A DNA stretch of 64,000 bases, taken from positions 678,537 through 742,536 of the forward strand of contig CAVWLO010000003.1 of the NCBI GenBank assembly GCA_963755985.1. The letters are read 5' to 3'. A model generated the notes under the pieces. The model saw only the letters and a program-made list of their open reading frames with translations. It was not told where the DNA came from and searched no databases. Positions 48,817 through 58,965 of the stretch are shown one piece after another. The number at the start of each line of letters is the position of its first letter. Position 1 is the first letter of the stretch. The stretch is from an uncultured Acidimicrobiaceae bacterium (lineage in GTDB: Bacteria > Actinomycetota > Acidimicrobiia > Acidimicrobiales > RAAP-2). A program made the position numbers and the translations under genes.

Positions 48817-50127
48817 GTGCCCGCCGAAGACGAACAGCCCGACGGTGTCCGGGTCGAAGTCGACGCTCCGCGCCGGGAGGACGGGCAGCTCGGAGAGGCC
48901 GGGGGAGACGCTGCGCCCTCGGTCCCGCGCCGCCCGGGCCGGTGGCGACGAGCTTCGGCATGGGTGCTCGTGTTTCTGGCCAGCCTGCTGGCCATCGTCT
49001 CGATCCTGGTCGTATTCGCTCGCAACGAGGTGCTGGACACCGACACCTATATCGCCACTGTCGGGCCATTGGCCTCCGACCCGGCGATCCAGTCGGCCGT
49101 GGCCGGTGCGCTGAGCCAGCATCTGGTGGAGAAGGTTGACGTAAGCGGTCGGGTGTCCAATGCCCTGCCGCAGAAGGCCGGGTTCCTGACCGCTCCGATC
49201 ACATCGGGCCTCGAGTCGTTGACCAATCGGGTCGCCCTTACGGTCGTCCAGTCGCCGGCCTTCGAGAGACTCTGGGTCTCGGCCAACCGTGCCGCCCACA
49301 AGCAGGTGGTGGCGCTGTTGACCGGCGACCAGTCCGGAGCGCTCACCGCGGACCGGGGCAAGGTCTCGCTCGACTTGGGCAATGTTCAGGCGAAGGTCAA
49401 ACAGGCCCTGGACAAGCGGGGGATCACCATCTTCGACAAGGTCCCGACGGCCAACGGCACGAGCTTCGTCCTCTTCGAGTCGGACCAGCTGGTAAAGGCC
49501 CAGGGGTGGATCCGTACCCTCAACCGCCTCGCCTATCTGCTGCCGGTCCTGTCCGTGCTCTGTTACGCCGGCGGAATTCTCCTGAGCGCGAACCGGCGGC
49601 GAGGCCTGGTGCGGGCTGCCGTCGGGTTGGCGGTGGCCATGAGCCTGCTGCTGGTGGGCGTGGCCCTCGGACGTGACCAATACCTGAACGCCCTCCGGTC
49701 CTCGATTCCTCGGGCGGCGGCGGCCAATGCCTATGACGCGGTGACCGCCTTCCCGCTGGGCACGACGCGAGTCGTGCTCCTCGTCTCAGTGATCATCGCT
49801 CTGGTTGCCATCGCCGCCGGGAACGACCGCCTCCGCTCCTGGGTGCGGTCGGTCAACAAGCCGAGATGGTTCGCCGACAGCGCCGTCCATCGCTGGACCC
49901 GCGCCCATCGTCGGCTCCTGCAATGGTTGACGCTGGCCGTGGGTTTCGTCGTGCTCATCGTGTGGGACAACCCGACGCCCCGGGTCGCCGTCATCACCGT
50001 GATCATCGCCCTGGCCATCGTGGGGTTGATCGGCGCTTTGGCCAGGCCACGAGTGGGTCTGGCTCCCGGCGCCGAGGCCAGGACCTCCACCGGGACCGGG
50101 CCCGCCACCGACCCCGACGGCAAGTAA
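48817..50127 (+). CDS. hypothetical integral membrane protein
   Basis: 436-aa ORF with several hydrophobic helices (WVLVFLASLLAIVSILVVF, AYLLPVLSVLCYAGGILL, VAVITVIIALAIVGLIGAL). No recognisable catalytic motif. Confidence 0.55.
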   Translation: MPAEDEQPDGVRVEVDAPRREDGQLGEAGGDAAPSVPRRPGRWRRASAWVLVFLASLLAIVSILVVFARNEVLDTDTYIATVGPLASDPAIQSAVAGALSQHLVEKVDVSGRVSNALPQKAGFLTAPITSGLESLTNRVALTVVQSPAFERLWVSANRAAHKQVVALLTGDQSGALTADRGKVSLDLGNVQAKVKQALDKRGITIFDKVPTANGTSFVLFESDQLVKAQGWIRTLNRLAYLLPVLSVLCYAGGILLSANRRRGLVRAAVGLAVAMSLLLVGVALGRDQYLNALRSSIPRAAAANAYDAVTAFPLGTTRVVLLVSVIIALVAIAAGNDRLRSWVRSVNKPRWFADSAVHRWTRAHRRLLQWLTLAVGFVVLIVWDNPTPRVAVITVIIALAIVGLIGALARPRVGLAPGAEARTSTGTGPATDPDGK

Positions 50128-50209
50128 TCCTGACTCCGTTCGTGGTCCAGCGCCCACGATCCGATCAGCGTCGTGCCGCCGGGCTCTCGAAGCCACCGTG
50201 GTGGGCTCT

Positions 50210-52157
50210 TCACCGTCGGGGCTCGTAGCGCAACTGGGGAGGTCGGTTGCTCCCACAGACTCCGGGTCGGACGCTCCGTTGGATGCCGGGTCTGACGCTC
50301 CGTTGGAGGTCGGGTCGGGCGCGGTGTTGGCCTCGCCCTGTCGCTCGGCGATGGCCTGGTCCGTCTCCCGCCGGGCCGCCTGCATCCGCTTCTCGGCCCC
50401 GACGGCCAGGAGGCGACCGAGGACCGGGATCTCCCACAGGGACTCGGCCCGGAGGATGGCCATGATGACGGGCACCAGATGCTCGGCCGTATCGAAGGCC
50501 ACGTAGCGCGGGAGCCAGTCGGGGTCGTACTTTGCGTTGAACCGCCACAGCGTCTCGATCTGGGCGAAGCTCGACACCCGCTTGAGGAACCACCGCTCCG
50601 CCCGTTGCACGGTGCCGTCGCCCTTCTCGCCGGCCAGGGTCGACCGGAGGGCGGCGAAGTTGAGGCTGAGGCCGCCGTAGCCACCGGACTTGAGGTGCTC
50701 GATGGTGGAGCACAGGGCGAAGTCCAGCAGCCCGTTGGGGTGTTCGCCGGGATCTCGGCGCATGAGATCGAGGGAGTAGCCGTTGATGCCCGTGGCCGGG
50801 ACGAACTGGCACATGGCCGCCGGACTTCCGTCGGGGCCGTGGACCACCGCCAGGAGCAGACCCTGGTCTCGGGGATCGAAGATGCGGCCCAACATCATGG
50901 AGAACCCGCGCTCTTGGTCGCCCCGACGACTGAGCCCCATCAGCGAGATGAGCTCGGCGGCCATCTTCATGGTCGAGTCGGGACGGGTCATGGAAAGTGG
51001 CTGTATAGCCGTACTTCTTGATCCGGTTGTGGGCCTGGCGCAGTCCCTTCTTGCCCCCGCCGGCCAGCGAGAAGTTCTGAACGTCCACGACGGCTTCGTC
51101 GCCGATGTACACGTTGTGCATCCCCGACTCGCGGTAAATGGGTAGCCAGTCCTCGCCGGCACCCATGATGGCCGGCACCCAACCGTGGTCGTCGGCAAAG
51201 CGTCGGAAGGCGCCCCACACCTGCTCGCGCTCGTTGCGCGGTCCGATGGGGTCGGGGGCGATGAGGCAGATGCCCCCGTAGATGGCGTAGGCCACCAGGC
51301 TGTCCCGAAAGAAGAACCACTGCTTGTCGGAGCGAAGGGCGAAGTAGTCGAGCGTGCTCCGCCCGTGCCGCCGCACGATGTCCCGGGCCCGGAATTCGGC
51401 AGCCCGACCTGTCGTCAGGCGCCGGTCCACTACCGGGCGGGAGAGGAGGAACAGGGCCACGCCGACCAAGGTGATGCCGATGACCAGCAGGCTTGGGGAG
51501 AAGAATCGGTCGAATCGGTTGGGCAGAGCCACGGTGCGGATCCCGATGAGACGCTCCGACGCGGCATGGAACGCCTGGCCCCACGAGATGTGGAACCGAT
51601 GGTACCGGCTGAAGTGGGCGGAGATCTCGATGGACGCGGCGGCGACGACGATGATGGTCACGGCTCCGCCCACCAGGGCCACGATGGCCGACCGCAGCGA
51701 GGACCAGTCCGAGGCGGCCTGGAATTCACGGCGGTTGACGAGCAGGACGATCAGGACGGCCAGGGCGAACAATGACTCCTCGATGTCGCCCCCGGCCAGC
51801 AGGTGCAAGAACAAGGTGACGGTGAGCAGCGTGACGCAGACCCGCCAGGCTCGGCGCTGACCTCGGAGCACGCCCCGGCCCAGAGCCAATAAGCCCATGC
51901 CGGCCAGGGCGACCAGCGCGCCGGCCAACTCCGAGGCCTGCAGCGGCAGCACCTCCAACACCACGTGCAGACCGGGCACGGAGGGGAGGGGTGATGGCGT
52001 CGAGGAGGTCGATCACCCCGGCCACCAGAATGGCGGCGGAAGCCAGGCGGCGCACCCGGCGGGTCCGGCGATGGGCTTGGCGCAGATCCGACGCCGGGGG
52101 CCACGATTCGCCTTTGGGGTACGAGGCCACCACGGTGGGATGCAGGCTGCGGACCAT
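50210..52157 (-). pseudogene. MprF-like phosphatidylglycerol lysyltransferase-domain (DUF2156) gene with multiple frame breaks
   Basis: Three collinear pieces lie in different frames. Piece 1 is MVRSLHP...AILVAGVIDLLDAITPPLRAR (ORF 51726..52178). Piece 2 is LHVVLEVLPLQ...NRIKKYGYTATFHDPS (ORF 50210..51979). Piece 3 is STMKMAAELISLMGLSRRGDQERGFSMMLGRIFDP...LPRYVAF (ORF 49786..51198). The breaks are near 51971 and 50985. A third break may lie in the 24-bp repeat tail. Confidence 0.65.
50262..50309. repeat. 24-bp x2 tandem repeat in the tail of the MprF-like gene
   Basis: The unit is ccgggtc(g/t)gacgctccgttgga(t/g)g, encoding SNGASDP(A/E) on the minus strand. Confidence 0.85.
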
Positions 52158-53583
52158 GCGACGGATCGACACCAGCACGTTCGAGCAGGCTGTGCGAGGG
52201 AAGATCGGTCTGGGCGTGGAGCAGCCTGACGTGTAGCTCAGCGCCTGTCTCGAGCTCCACCCAGCTCAATCGCTGGCGGTGTAGGAACACCGGCGGAAAG
52301 CCGAGCCGGCCGGCCTGCTCCTCGACTACTTCGGCGGTTGCACCCACGTTGGCGTAGAAGCCGATTCCGAGGCTGGTCAACTCCGGTTGGAACGTGGCCG
52401 CGGTGATCAGCCCGGTGTGACCGGCAGCCACCAGCGCCCGAGCCGCGTCCCGGGCGGTGTCGTTGGCCGCGCCCTCGGTGCGCACCGCATTGAGGGCCCC
52501 GCCCCCGAGCACGGACCACACGCGACGGCTCAGCAACCCGAGGGCCAGGGCCAACACGGCGAACACGGCGATGGCGAACAGGGCGGCCACCGACAGCCGG
52601 CTGGCCCATCCTGCCTCATGGACGTGCCGGAGGGCCCGGCCGGCAACCCCGGTCCCGGCGTGGCGGAGGACGGTCGGCGTCAGGAGGAACCTCAACGCGA
52701 TGGCAACGGCGAACGGGACCAGGAGCCACCAGGCGTAGCGACCGAGCCTCCGGTAGAGCAGGCGCGAGGTGACGAACCGGGAGAGCGTGGACGGATCGCT
52801 CAGGCGGTGCAGTCCTTCGAGCCAGGGGGCGTCGCCCTCCGATCGCTCGGCCAAGTTCCGCCAGCTCTTTCCGGCCAGGGAGCGCTCGACGGCTCCAGGC
52901 TTGGCATCTGCAGCCGGATCGAACTCCGATTCGGTGGCGCTCGATGGTGACGCGTAGGCGTGCTCGCCCGGTTCGACCCGCACCGTACGGGTGCCCGCCG
53001 CAGTGTGCAGGATGAGGTCGACGCCGTCAGCCCGCTCCACTCCCATGTCGGCCACGGCCGCCATGGTGAGGGGGTCGGTGTCAAAGCCGGGCTCGTGGGT
53101 GCCGGTCTGCCGGATGACCCTGCGTTCGTCGTCGTCGAGGAACCGCGCCAGCGCGTCCCGCAACCTGGGGTGAGCGTCCATCGCCGCCTGTGTCTCTTCG
53201 AGCGTCGGGCTGTTCCCGGTCAGGTCGAACAGGTTGCCGGCGATGATCAGGATCCCGGGTCCGTCCCAGGCATCGAGGGTCTGGGCCAATTCGCCCGTGA
53301 GCACCAACGTCGACGGAGTGGCCTCGCCGGTGAGCAAGAGGTCGCTGACCACCATGACCCGTCGCCCGATGGGAACCTCGATGACCGCGTCGACCTCACT
53401 ATCGTCTTTCACAGGACTTGCACCGATCGTCGACATACCGCCGACGGTCGAGTCACTGTCGACCTCGGGGAGGTTGTCGGGAGCGGTGTCGGAGCCTGTC
53501 CGAGGCCGGGCGGCGGGGGTACCGACCGTGGGGGCCTCCGGTGTCATGGTCGGTCCCACCTGTGGATTTCCGTATGCACGCAA
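52158..53583 (-). CDS. hypothetical membrane protein with a degenerate metallophosphoesterase-like N-terminal domain; 3' end unresolved
   Basis: It carries RRVMVVSDLLLTGE...ILIIAGNLFDL, then TM helices (YAWWLLVPFAVAIALRFLL, LSVAALFAIAVFAVLALALGLL). Beyond about 52200 the frame stays open to 51751 but reads as non-protein-like Cys/Arg/Trp-rich sequence. Confidence 0.5.
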
Positions 53584-53919
53584 CCCTCAATCGTAGAGTT
53601 CTCGTGGCGTTAGGCTCGCCTACACACTTAGAGAACCCTGAACCAGCACGAAACGTGCGGTCAACGAGCAGAAACTACCGGTGAAAAGGTGAATCGCTGA
53701 TGGATGGGTCGGAGGGGGCTGGGGCGGCCCAGGCCGGTAGGCCGCAGGCCTGGGCAGCGCAAGACGGGGTCGTGCTGGCTGCGATAGCCCGAGGGGGCCG
53801 AGGGGGCCGAGGGGCACCGCGCCGGCCGGCGCCGCTGGACCGGCCGTCCACGGGGCAAATCGAGGCCGTAGCCCCGGGATCGGGCTCGACCGAATCCGGC
53901 CCGCCTCCACGGATCAGGG

Positions 53920-54408
53920 GTGAGGACCCCGTCCAACTGGGCCTGGCGCGACGGTCCCGTTGCTCAGCCGGGGGAGGCCGTCGTCTTCGACATGGACGGC
54001 GTGCTGTCCGACGCCGCCGGCCGTCAGCACTTCTTGGAGCGGGGCCACCGAGATTGGGACCGGTTCTTCGAGGCGTGCGGCGACGATCAGGTTGTCGAAG
54101 AGCTGGCCCGATTGCTCGAGCTGCTCGACCCCCGCCTCCAAGTGGTGCTGCTCACTGGACGCCCATTCCGTGTGCAGCCTCAGACGCTGGCATGGCTGGC
54201 TCGGTACGGGTTGCGGTGGGACCTTCTCGTCATGCGGTCGAGGGGCGACTACGCCCAGGTGACCATGTTCAAGCGCGACGCCGTCGAGGAGCTGCGGGCG
54301 TACGGGTTCGACCTGCGACTCGCGTTCGAGGATGATCCCAACAACTTCGCCATGTTCCACGCCGAAGGAATTCCGTGCGTGTACATCCACTCCGGCTACT
54401 ACGACTGA
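53920..54408 (+). CDS. HAD-superfamily phosphatase-like protein
   Basis: It carries VVFDMDGVLSD (DxDG motif I), LLTGR and FEDDPNN. Confidence 0.65.
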   Translation: MRTPSNWAWRDGPVAQPGEAVVFDMDGVLSDAAGRQHFLERGHRDWDRFFEACGDDQVVEELARLLELLDPRLQVVLLTGRPFRVQPQTLAWLARYGLRWDLLVMRSRGDYAQVTMFKRDAVEELRAYGFDLRLAFEDDPNNFAMFHAEGIPCVYIHSGYYD

Positions 54409-54448
54409 CGCTGCACAGGTACGACGATTGATCCTCTGGAGGTGAGAC

Positions 54449-54506
54449 GACTCTTGCTCCGGAAGGCGACTCATACTCCGGAGATCCGACTCATTCTCGG
54501 AGATAC
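54449..54506. repeat. 19/20-bp x3 degenerate tandem repeat in a convergent intergenic region
   Basis: The unit is gactca(t/a)(a/t)ctc(c)ggagat(c/a)c. A separate 18-bp x2 repeat (caccgccggtgacgccg.) lies at 54535-54570. Confidence 0.8.
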
Positions 54507-54602
54507 GGGGCGTGACCACCGGGCCGTCTTCGCTCACCGCCGGTGACGCCGTCACCGCCGGTGACGCCGGTGACCTACGACGACGGTGAACAAACTTCCG
54601 TC

Positions 54603-56459
54603 CTACGGCTCGTATGGCGATCCTTTCCGGCGTTCTTCCCAGGCGAACATGATCCAGCCCCCGACGAATGCCAATCCGGCCAGGATCAGGATCGGGGCGT
54701 CGCCATAGCGGACGAAGAGTGTCTGCCCGGTCCGTCGGTCGAGGGTGGCCGTCAGCACTTGCTGCGCCCCGAGGGTGGAGCGACTGACCAGCTGACCCCG
54801 GTGGTCGACGACCGCGCTGAATCCGGTCGGTGCCGCCTGGAGCAGGTCGCGGCCCTGTTCCACTGCCTGGACCTCCGAGGCCGCGATCTCCTGGCTGGGC
54901 ACCTGGGCGGAGGCGTACGACGAGGCGTTGGTCGGGACGATGAGGAGCTGGGCACCTGCTCGGACCGAGGACCGCCCGCGCTCGGCGAAGAAGTCCTCAT
55001 AGGACACCAAGGTGCCCAGTGGGGCGGCCGGAGTCGGCATGAGGCCGGTGCCGCTGCCCGGGATGGCGTCGAGGGGAACCCCGGACAGGTCGGCCAGATG
55101 CTCGAAGAACCCCCGGTAGGGAACGTATTCGCCGAACGGTACCCGGTGGACCTTCTCGAATCGGGACACCAGATCGCCGTTCGGGCCCCAGGCCACTACC
55201 TCGTTGCGGAAGGCGGTCGACGACACGTCCTCGGTGACCCCGACGACCAAAGTGGTGTGCAACGTTCTGGCCAGCCCACTCAGCGAGGCCTCGGTCGCCG
55301 AGCCGTCGAGGGGTGAGGACAAGGCGACGACGTCCTCGGGCCACAGGACGAGTCGGGGCGCATGGCCGTGGTCGAGCTGCTGGAGGTGGGCGGTGGCTGC
55401 ACGCTGGGCAGCGAAGACGACGGCGGGACTCACCTGAGACTTCCTGAACCCGCGGACCCCACCTCCTTGGACCGCCGCCGCGGTAACCGTGCCTCGGGAT
55501 GGACCGCCGTCGGGGGCATGGTCGGCGACGATGGTGACGACGACCACCCCGACGAGGGCAACGGAGCCCGCCCGAGCGAGGGCCACGAGCCCCGTCGACA
55601 CTCGCGTAGCCGCGAAGGCGGCCTGGACCAGCCCGGCGACGGCCACACCTCCGGTGAAGACGGCGGCAGTCAGGAGGAGGGGTCCCCCCAATCGGGCCGC
55701 GCCGAGGACCGGACCTCCGGCCTGCCCCAGGAAGACGCCGCCCATGGGAAGGCCGCCGAAGGGCCACGACATACGGGCTGCCTCGGCGAGGGTCATGGCC
55801 GCCGGGAAGGCCAGCGCCCGGGCCCCGATGAACCGGGGGGGCACGGCCAGGCAGGCCACGGCAGGGAACAGCGCTTCGATCACGATGAGGGCGATCGCAC
55901 CGGCGAGGGTGAACGAACGGGCCCACATGAGCCCAGGGACGAAGCAGCCGAGCCCGGCCAACCAACCGGACCACAAGCGGGCACGGGGCCGGAGGCCTTC
56001 CAAGCGCCACCACAGGAGTCCGGCCGCGGGAAAGGCCAGGATCCAGAACCCCCACGGAGGGAGGGAGAGGGCTAGCCCGACCCCGGAAAGGATCGACGGC
56101 ACCGCCACCCCACCGCGGCGGGGCGATCGGGGCCGTTCGTCGCCCTCGGTCGGTCCCGGCTGCTCGACCTGCGGGGGCTCAGGTTGGTCGTCCCACGGGG
56201 GCCCCCTTTTTCCGGCCTCGGGGAGCCCCGGTTGCTCACCTTCAGGGTTTCCTCTCTGCCCGGCCTCGGGGAGCCCCGGTTGCTCACGCTCACCCTCACC
56301 GTTTCCTCTCTGCACCCCCTCAGTGGTTCCTTGGTGGACCCCGCCCCCGGTGGCCGTGGATTCATCCGGTTGGGCGGGGCCCGCGCTCACGGGCTGTCCG
56401 GATGGCGACGGGACGTCCGGTGCCGGGCCACCGAGGCGGCCCGACTGGGGTGTGGTCAC
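54603..56459 (-). CDS. lnt: apolipoprotein N-acyltransferase with a ~125-aa low-complexity N-terminal extension
   Basis: It has multi-TM N-region LPPWGFWILAFPAAGLLWW and a CN-hydrolase domain with VLWPEDVV, KVHRVPFGEYVP, LVSYEDFF and IVPTNASSY. GTG 56459 overlaps the hemY stop. An internal start closer to the first TM helix is possible. Confidence 0.85.
   Translation of the reverse strand: MTTPQSGRLGGPAPDVPSPSGQPVSAGPAQPDESTATGGGVHQGTTEGVQRGNGEGEREQPGLPEAGQRGNPEGEQPGLPEAGKRGPPWDDQPEPPQVEQPGPTEGDERPRSPRRGGVAVPSILSGVGLALSLPPWGFWILAFPAAGLLWWRLEGLRPRARLWSGWLAGLGCFVPGLMWARSFTLAGAIALIVIEALFPAVACLAVPPRFIGARALAFPAAMTLAEAARMSWPFGGLPMGGVFLGQAGGPVLGAARLGGPLLLTAAVFTGGVAVAGLVQAAFAATRVSTGLVALARAGSVALVGVVVVTIVADHAPDGGPSRGTVTAAAVQGGGVRGFRKSQVSPAVVFAAQRAATAHLQQLDHGHAPRLVLWPEDVVALSSPLDGSATEASLSGLARTLHTTLVVGVTEDVSSTAFRNEVVAWGPNGDLVSRFEKVHRVPFGEYVPYRGFFEHLADLSGVPLDAIPGSGTGLMPTPAAPLGTLVSYEDFFAERGRSSVRAGAQLLIVPTNASSYASAQVPSQEIAASEVQAVEQGRDLLQAAPTGFSAVVDHRGQLVSRSTLGAQQVLTATLDRRTGQTLFVRYGDAPILILAGLAFVGGWIMFAWEERRKGSPYEP
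56213..56314. repeat. 48-bp x2 in-frame tandem repeat in the lnt N-terminal extension
   Basis: ccggcctcggggagccccggttgctcac occurs at 56213 and 56261, each followed by ...gtttcctctctgc. Confidence 0.9.
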
Positions 56460-58000
56460 CGAATGGAGCCGCGCCGGTCGGGCGAGCCCAGGGCGCTAAG
56501 GACGGCGCGTGCTGCAGTGCGCCCCGACCCGATGCAGGCGGGGATGCCCACGCCGTGCAGATGGGCTCCGGCCACGCCCACTGCGCCCAGGGTGGCGACA
56601 TCGCCTTCGATCATGGCCACCTTGATCAGGTGGCCCACCCGGTACTGGGGGAAGGCGTCGGGCCAGCGAGTGACGATGTACTCGGTGGGAGGCGCCGAAA
56701 TGTGGAGCACCGATTCGAGCTCGGCGACAACGGCCGCGCGCAACGCCTCGTCACTGAGCTGATCCTGCCGTCGGTCGCCGAACCGACCGACCGATACCCG
56801 CACGAGCACGTCGTCTGGACGGTCCAGGTGCGGCCACTTCTCCGACAGGTACGTGCAGCCCGTCATCAGGGCGGCCCCACCGTCGATGGTGCCCGTGCGC
56901 GGGACCAAAAAGCCGGTGCCCCCCGGTGGGCCGGCCAGGGCGGCCCGCGGAAATGCCATCGTGACCACGGCCACTGATGCGTACTCCACGGTCGAGAGCA
57001 GCTCGGCGGCCACGGCGGCGTGCGGGCCCAGCAGCGCACCCGCGTCGCCTGCGGGGCTGGCCAAGACGACGCCGTCGACCGCCAGGCAGTGGTCGCCGGG
57101 GCCGGACAGGGCCAGGTGCCACTGATCACCGTCCCGGCTCAGCCCGATGACCGCCGTCCCCGTCCGTATCTCGACGTTCCAGGCCGAAAGCTGGTCCACC
57201 AACCGGTCGACCAGGCTTGCCGTTCCCTCTCGCAGGGACCAGAAGACCGGGCCGTGATTGGCGCCAGTGGCTTCGGCCCCGCCAGAGGTGGCCTCGGACT
57301 CGGCGGTCGGGAGGGTCGCGGCGGTCGCCCGGGCCGCGGGGGTCCGGCGCGCTGGCGGCGGACGCAGGTTGCGCATGAGGCTTCCGGCTTGCTGGGAGGC
57401 GGTCACCAGTAGGGGGAAGGTCGCCGCCGCACTCAGATGGTCTACCCCTCCGGCATTGATGCCGCCGACCAGGGGGTCGACCAACCGCTCGACAACCGCT
57501 CGCCCCAGCCGTTCGCCCACGATGTCCCCGACAGCTCGGTCGCCGGGCACGTGCTCGGGCCGCCGGGGACGGACCAGGTCCCTCGTGACACCGCCCAGTT
57601 CGGACCAACAGAGGATTCCCGAGCGGGCGAGCGGCCCCCAGCGGGTGGGAACGCCGAGGTTCAACCCCGAGGGGAGCGCCCTGAGCCGGCCCCGCGCCCA
57701 GACGGCCGCCCCGATCGCCCCCACCGGGACCAACTCGTCGGCGATGCCAAGTTCCTCGCACAGCTCGGTTGCCTCGGGCCGGCGCGCCAGGAATGCGTCG
57801 GCAGCCAGGTCGACCGTGCGCCCGGCGAATCTCGTCCGCTGGAGCTTGCCTCCGAGCCGGTCGTCTGCTTCGAGGATCACGACCGAGGGGGAGTCGGTGC
57901 CGACCGGAGAGTCCCGGCCGGTCACCAGCTCCCACGCCGCCGCCAGTCCGGCGATGCCGCCGCCGACCACGGCGATGACCGGTCGCCGGTCAGGGCTCAT
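56456..58000 (-). CDS. hemY: protoporphyrinogen/coproporphyrinogen III oxidase (HemY/CgoX family)
   Basis: It carries the FAD fold PVIAVVGGGIAGLAAAWEL, LEADDRLGGKL and a C-terminal GAHLHGVGIPACIGSG. ATG 58000 overlaps the hemH stop (ATGA). Confidence 0.85.
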   Translation of the reverse strand: MSPDRRPVIAVVGGGIAGLAAAWELVTGRDSPVGTDSPSVVILEADDRLGGKLQRTRFAGRTVDLAADAFLARRPEATELCEELGIADELVPVGAIGAAVWARGRLRALPSGLNLGVPTRWGPLARSGILCWSELGGVTRDLVRPRRPEHVPGDRAVGDIVGERLGRAVVERLVDPLVGGINAGGVDHLSAAATFPLLVTASQQAGSLMRNLRPPPARRTPAARATAATLPTAESEATSGGAEATGANHGPVFWSLREGTASLVDRLVDQLSAWNVEIRTGTAVIGLSRDGDQWHLALSGPGDHCLAVDGVVLASPAGDAGALLGPHAAVAAELLSTVEYASVAVVTMAFPRAALAGPPGGTGFLVPRTGTIDGGAALMTGCTYLSEKWPHLDRPDDVLVRVSVGRFGDRRQDQLSDEALRAAVVAELESVLHISAPPTEYIVTRWPDAFPQYRVGHLIKVAMIEGDVATLGAVGVAGAHLHGVGIPACIGSGRTAARAVLSALGSPDRRGSIR

Positions 58001-58965
58001 GACCCGGGTCTCCGGGAGCGAGCGCTCTCGACGGGGGGGCGGGCGGCGGCACGGACTGCGTCGGCCAGCACGGCGACGAAGGCCGGATCGTCGTTCAACG
58101 AGGCCGTGCGGACAAAGGCGACGCCGGCCGAGTGCGCAACCCCTGCGGCCTCGATGTCCAGGTCGAAGAGGACCTCCATGTGGTCCGACACGAATCCCAC
58201 TGGGCACACCACTACGGCCGGTGCTCCCTCTGCGCCCATGGACCGGATCTCGTCGAGCAGGTTCGGGCCGAGCCACTCGTCGCCGGTCCGTCCAGCACTT
58301 TGCCAGGCGACCCGCCAGCGCTCCAGCCCGGCCCGGTCGGCGATCATCGCAGCCGACTCCTCGACCTCCCGTCGATAGGGGTCGCCCTGGTCGATCGCGG
58401 CGATCGGCACGCTGTGGGCGGTGAAGACGACCACGGCCTCGGCGCGATCGGGCCCGGGCAGCGACTCGAGTCCGGCCCGTACCCGATCGGCGAGCACCTG
58501 GGCGAAGCCAGGGGCCCGAAACCAGCTGTCAACGCGTACGAGCTCGATCGACGGGTCCATCGCCGAGGAGGCCCGAGCCGCCCGTTCGAGGTACTGGGCC
58601 GTGCCCGCCGAGGAATAGTGCGGCGTGAGGACGATGGCCACCGCCCGGGTCACCTCTGCGCCGGCCAGCTCGGCCACGCCCTCCTCGATGGTCGGTGTCG
58701 TGTGCTTCGACCCGTAGCGGACAACGAAGCAACCCGGTGCGGCGGCGTCGAGCGCGGTGGCCAGGGCTTCGACCTGCGCCCTGGTGCGCTGGCGTAGGGG
58801 CGAGGTGCCTCCGATGGCCTCGTAGCGCCCGACCAACTCGGCCAAGAGCTCGGGTGTCGGTGGCCGGCCCCGCCGGATCGAGGTGTAGAACGACTCGATC
58901 TCGCCCGGTGCGGCCGGCGTGCCGTGGGCCATGACCAGCACGCCGGTCGGCGGTTCGGGCGTCAC
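57997..58965 (-). CDS. hemH: ferrochelatase (coproporphyrin ferrochelatase type)
   Basis: It carries VLVMAHGTP, YEAIGGTSPL, FTAHSVP and VCPVGFVSDHMEVLFDLD. Confidence 0.9.
   Translation of the reverse strand: MTPEPPTGVLVMAHGTPAAPGEIESFYTSIRRGRPPTPELLAELVGRYEAIGGTSPLRQRTRAQVEALATALDAAAPGCFVVRYGSKHTTPTIEEGVAELAGAEVTRAVAIVLTPHYSSAGTAQYLERAARASSAMDPSIELVRVDSWFRAPGFAQVLADRVRAGLESLPGPDRAEAVVVFTAHSVPIAAIDQGDPYRREVEESAAMIADRAGLERWRVAWQSAGRTGDEWLGPNLLDEIRSMGAEGAPAVVVCPVGFVSDHMEVLFDLDIEAAGVAHSAGVAFVRTASLNDDPAFVAVLADAVRAAARPPVESARSRRPGS

Noticed and set aside
49786-50209. The C-terminal ~140 codons of ORF 49786..51198 as genuine protein tail
   Set aside because: This stretch overlaps the convergent membrane-protein gene (TM helix encoded at about 49975-50040) and has Gly/Pro/Asp/His-rich shadow composition. 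The real gene more likely ended near 50210 before the frame breaks.
53860-53915. A tmRNA/tRNA-like 3' end (cgggctcgaccgaatccggcccgcctccac resembles a T arm plus an acceptor strand ending in CTCCA)
   Set aside because: The putative T loop would be 13 nt. No matching 5' acceptor strand (GGGG...), tag-peptide reading frame or pseudoknot region could be found upstream. The segment is better explained as GC-rich promoter-proximal sequence.
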